Of a stretch of DNA of 64,000 bases, positions 60,759 to 64,000 are shown piece by piece. The notes beneath the pieces were generated by a model. The model saw nothing but the letters and a program-made list of their open reading frames with translations. It did no database searches and was not told the origin of the DNA. How positions within the stretch are numbered: the stretch's first letter is position 1; each line of letters begins with the position of its first letter. The DNA is taken from positions 384,001 to 448,000 of the forward strand of contig CAVVMW010000021.1 of NCBI GenBank assembly GCA_963749495.1. Direction: 5' to 3'. Origin of the DNA: an uncultured bacterium (lineage in GTDB: Bacteria; Verrucomicrobiota; Verrucomicrobiia; Limisphaerales; UBA8199). Position numbers and translations under genes: made by a program.

Positions 60759-61361
60759 TCACTCCAGCTCCAATTGCTTGAGCAACTTCAAGTCGTCCTG
60801 CGAAAAATGGCGGGCGGCGCCGCCCTGCGCGGGCATCTCGTGGAGCTCGCCCTCGCTGTTTTCGGAGGCGAACACCGCCGGCTTGTGTTTGATCTTCTGC
60901 AAATCCGTGAGGGCCTCGTTGGCCTCCTCGACGCGGTCCAAGGCCTCCTCCAATTGCACCGCGATGGCATCCAGGTCCTCTCCTTTGACCCCGCGCCCAA
61001 TGGCGTTTTCCAATTCGCCGAGCTTTTCCAGGGCCATGGTGTTGGCCTCGATGCTCGCCAGCAGGAAATCGCCCGGCCCTTCCATCCGGCTCAACTGCCT
61101 CAAGTCCATCTGGATTTCCTTGGCCAGGAGCCTCTGGTTCAAACCGCCGGTCCGGTCGTACTTCGCCTTTTTGTCTCGAATCCGCTTTTCGTGCTGCGTG
61201 ATCTCCTCCCGCAGCCCGTCCAGGCGGTCCTGGTTGCCGGCGCGATTCCGGGCCAAGCTGTCCCTCCAGAGCCTCAACTGCTCCTTCTCCCCGGGCCGCA
61301 GCCCCAGCCCTCGAGCCAGGCGCGAAGCCACCGAACCGATAAAATCGCTAAAATTCTCCAT
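60759..61361 (-). CDS. Coiled-coil protein, probable second ESCRT-III/PspA-superfamily paralog
   Basis: 200 aa; amphipathic N-terminal helix, basic first half and acidic second half, terminal helix SQDDLKLLKQLELE. Confidence 0.6.
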   Translation of the reverse strand: MENFSDFIGSVASRLARGLGLRPGEKEQLRLWRDSLARNRAGNQDRLDGLREEITQHEKRIRDKKAKYDRTGGLNQRLLAKEIQMDLRQLSRMEGPGDFLLASIEANTMALEKLGELENAIGRGVKGEDLDAIAVQLEEALDRVEEANEALTDLQKIKHKPAVFASENSEGELHEMPAQGGAARHFSQDDLKLLKQLELE

Positions 61362-61530
61362 GCATCTGTCCCTTCAATCACATTCAATGCCTTTTGAAAG
61401 ATCAGCCCGTTTGGACCACCGCCGGTGCCGCAGCCGCAACCGCAGCCGCCTTTCCTTACGGCGGAAAGCGGATTCCTATTCAGCGCGGCCGAGGATGGAG
61501 GAACCCCGGGGCCAATGTCGGGAGGCGCCC

Positions 61531-61760
61531 CAGGGCCGAAGGCCCGTCATGTGACAGCCCGGCCTGCAGCGGAGCGGAGGGCCGGGTAAGCCAGTGCCCG
61601 CGAAAACGGTCCCGGCCTGTAAGGCCGGGACCCTCTGCCCGAGGTCCCGAGCCTTGTTGCGCCCTTGCAGGGCGCGACCGATTGTCTCCCGATGACCTGG
61701 GCCTCCGCTCGCAAGCTCGCTCCAGCCCAGGCGCTCACATTTCGGGCTTTCAGCCCGAGC
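61531..61760. repeat. Intact copy of the REP-like element that the IS4 interrupts
   Basis: Collinear with 45610-45749 plus 47649-47733; partial inverted copy at ~5948-6045. Confidence 0.85.
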
Positions 61761-61996
61761 GAGGGCGCACCTTAGTACTACCGGACGCAAATACGGTGAC
61801 GTAGCGCAGACCTCCGAGTCTGCTGTATCGCCGACTTCCAAGTCGGCTGCGCGTCCGTGAAGGCACGCGCGTCCGCACCTCGGTTGGCCCGCAGGTTTGG
61901 AAACCTGCGAGACAGCAGACTCGGAGGTCTGCGCTACCCTGGCGGCGGCCCTGCCGCGCATCGAGGATACGTCATCGTATTTATGAAACGGCCCAC

Positions 61997-64000
61997 TTAG
62001 TTCTCCTTAATCCAAACGATGGACCGTCCGCCGCGGTTTAACCTGGCGTAATTGGGAATGGCGGTCAGGGGCTGGCCGTTGGAGAAGGTGCCCTTGATGA
62101 CCATGACGCCGCCCAGCAAGTCCGGGTTCCATTCGGCGCGAAGGGGCGAGCCGGGGCCGAGGGCAAGGTCGAGATTCTGGTCAACGGTTTCGATGTTGTA
62201 GAGGAGAGCGCCATAGCGGAGGGCAACGCGTCCGCGGAGGGCGGCGACCTGGGGGGCGGCCCGGAGGCGCTGGACTTTCATCGGGAACATTACCTCAACT
62301 TTGTCCCCGGCCTTCCATGTGCGCGTGAGGCCGGCGTAGCCGTTCTCGATGGACGGTTTGACCGGGGACCCGTTGACGGAAATGGCCGTGAGGCCCTCGC
62401 AGGCGGGGCTTGCGGTGTAGAGGAGGCTGACATTCCTGCGCGGGACGCGGAGCTTGAGTGTGAACCGCTTTGGCTGGGCGGGGCTGACGCCGAGCTCCAC
62501 CTTGCCGCTCCATGGATAATCCGTGGTTTGGGTCAAGGTCACCGCGGTTCCGCCGATGTCCGCCTTGGCAGTGATTCCCGAGTAAAGATTGACAAAGAGG
62601 GCATCCGCCGTTTTGGAGCAGGTCCAGGACGGCAGCATGAGGAGGGTGCGCGGGATGTTTCCGACGCAGCACGGGCAGCCATGCCACTTGTAACGTTTCT
62701 CGCCGGAATCCAGCGGGTTTGTGTAGGTGAAGTTCTCGGCCTCGAGGTCGAGCGAGCCAAGAATGGCGTTGTAAAGCGTTTCCTCGTAGAGGTCGGCATA
62801 TTGCCCTTGGCCGTAGGTGAGCTGCAGCTTGTATTGGAAGAACAGCTCCCCGCAATCCGCGCACGATTCGGAATAGGCGCGGTTCGGGAGCGAGTAGTCC
62901 TTGCCAAAGCCCTCCGAGGTTTCGCCGCTGCCGATGCCGCCGGTGACGTAGTATTTCCGGTTCACGATGCTGTTCCACAACGACATGACCGCCGAGCGGT
63001 ATTCCGGGTCGCCCGTTTCCATGGCGATGTCCGCCATACCGGAGTAGCAATAGGCCGCGCGGACCGCGTGGCCGACCGCTTCGTACTGGCGGGTCACCGG
63101 CAGATGGCTCTGGTCGTACTCCTCGCCATGGCCGCGCGAGTCGAGGAGAAACCTTGCCAGTTCGATGTATTTCCGGCCCTTGCCCGGGCCGTCGAGCCGC
63201 TCGACGAACCGCCCCAGGCGGACCAGCGCCTGCTCGAGTTCTTCGTGGCCCTCGTACCAGGCCCGCTTGGGCGCCGGGCCGATGTTGGCGCACCAGCAAT
63301 CGGCGAGTTTTCGCGCCGCGTCGAACAGGCGCCGGTCTGCGCCATCGGTGAGCAGGCAATGGGCGATGGCGGCCTCGATGAAATACCCGGCGTTGTATCC
63401 TTCGTGGTCGAATTTGTTGGACCATCGTTTGTTGCCATTGATGGTGTACATCGTCTGGAGATACCCGTCCGGCTCCTGGGCGCCGAGGATGGTGGGTATC
63501 CAGTCCTCGAGGGTCTTTCGCAGGGCGCGCTGGGCATTGGCGATCTCCGGGTCGCCCTGCGGCTCGACCATCAGAGCCAGGCAAGTGGATTCCACCGTGT
63601 TATAGACCCACGCATTGGCGAAGGGGGCGCCGGTGTGCCTGGCGCCGCTCTTTCCCTCGAGTTTGTTGGCGGCCTGCACGAAATTCTCGATGCCCCCTTC
63701 GGGCAGTCTTGGATCCGAGATTTTGGCCGCGCAGTGTGGAATCCAATGAACGATAATGTTTTTGATCCGAGGCCTCCAGAAGGGACTGCCCACGCTGTAG
63801 GGTTCGGGCCAGACCGTCTCCAAGTGGTTGCTGGGGGCCGGCGGTTCAACGGTCACGTTGACGGTGTTGGTGGAGGCGAATTGCCCGTCGTCCGCTTTGA
63901 GCGCGAGCACGTAAACGCCGGGCTCGGAAAAACGCGCCGCGCTTTCGGGCTCGCCTGGACTCTCAAACGCCACGGAGCCGGGCCCGACAGCTTCCCCCAT
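61997..64000 (-). CDS. GH127 beta-L-arabinofuranosidase-like protein with a PKD-like domain (5'-partial)
   Basis: HEGY, GHAVRA, YVTGG.GS, YSESCA and CPCC..N. Confidence 0.88.
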   Translation of the reverse strand: MGEAVGPGSVAFESPGEPESAARFSEPGVYVLALKADDGQFASTNTVNVTVEPPAPSNHLETVWPEPYSVGSPFWRPRIKNIIVHWIPHCAAKISDPRLPEGGIENFVQAANKLEGKSGARHTGAPFANAWVYNTVESTCLALMVEPQGDPEIANAQRALRKTLEDWIPTILGAQEPDGYLQTMYTINGNKRWSNKFDHEGYNAGYFIEAAIAHCLLTDGADRRLFDAARKLADCWCANIGPAPKRAWYEGHEELEQALVRLGRFVERLDGPGKGRKYIELARFLLDSRGHGEEYDQSHLPVTRQYEAVGHAVRAAYCYSGMADIAMETGDPEYRSAVMSLWNSIVNRKYYVTGGIGSGETSEGFGKDYSLPNRAYSESCADCGELFFQYKLQLTYGQGQYADLYEETLYNAILGSLDLEAENFTYTNPLDSGEKRYKWHGCPCCVGNIPRTLLMLPSWTCSKTADALFVNLYSGITAKADIGGTAVTLTQTTDYPWSGKVELGVSPAQPKRFTLKLRVPRRNVSLLYTASPACEGLTAISVNGSPVKPSIENGYAGLTRTWKAGDKVEVMFPMKVQRLRAAPQVAALRGRVALRYGALLYNIETVDQNLDLALGPGSPLRAEWNPDLLGGVMVIKGTFSNGQPLTAIPNYARLNRGGRSIVWIKEN

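Noticed and set aside
59981..61361. Ordinary pspA operon
   Set aside because: No pspF, pspB or pspC is present; the 59981-60638 protein reads more like Snf7, and the linked ATPase is Vps4-like rather than a sigma54 activator. Not formally excluded without profile searches.

Overview
GC-rich bacterial chromosome segment. Gene content and protein style suggest Verrucomicrobiota (inference only). Housekeeping genes are recJ (5'-partial), ispD, apbE, rsmI, lepA-lepB, purE, gltX, panE, HU, aguB-like nitrilase, gluQ, purA, thrH, plsY and gnnA-like/lpxB. They are interspersed with secreted or carbohydrate-active genes (GH38, GH127, a DUF2723 GT-C/TPR protein), two toxin-antitoxin-rich accessory patches full of gene fragments, and about ten families of REP/MITE-like palindromic or heptamer repeats. 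One complete IS4-family element (13-bp TIRs, 11-bp TSD) sits inside a REP hairpin. The most striking feature is a four-gene minus-strand operon at 57881-61361. It encodes two ESCRT-III/Snf7-like coiled-coil proteins, a 4-TM membrane protein and a Vps4/CdvC-like AAA+ ATPase with a MIT-like N-terminus, making it a candidate bacterial ESCRT membrane-remodelling system. About ten single-base frameshifts, some in conserved genes, are probably sequencing or assembly errors. No rRNA, tRNA or CRISPR array was recognised. All family calls come from motif recognition by eye, not database searches.
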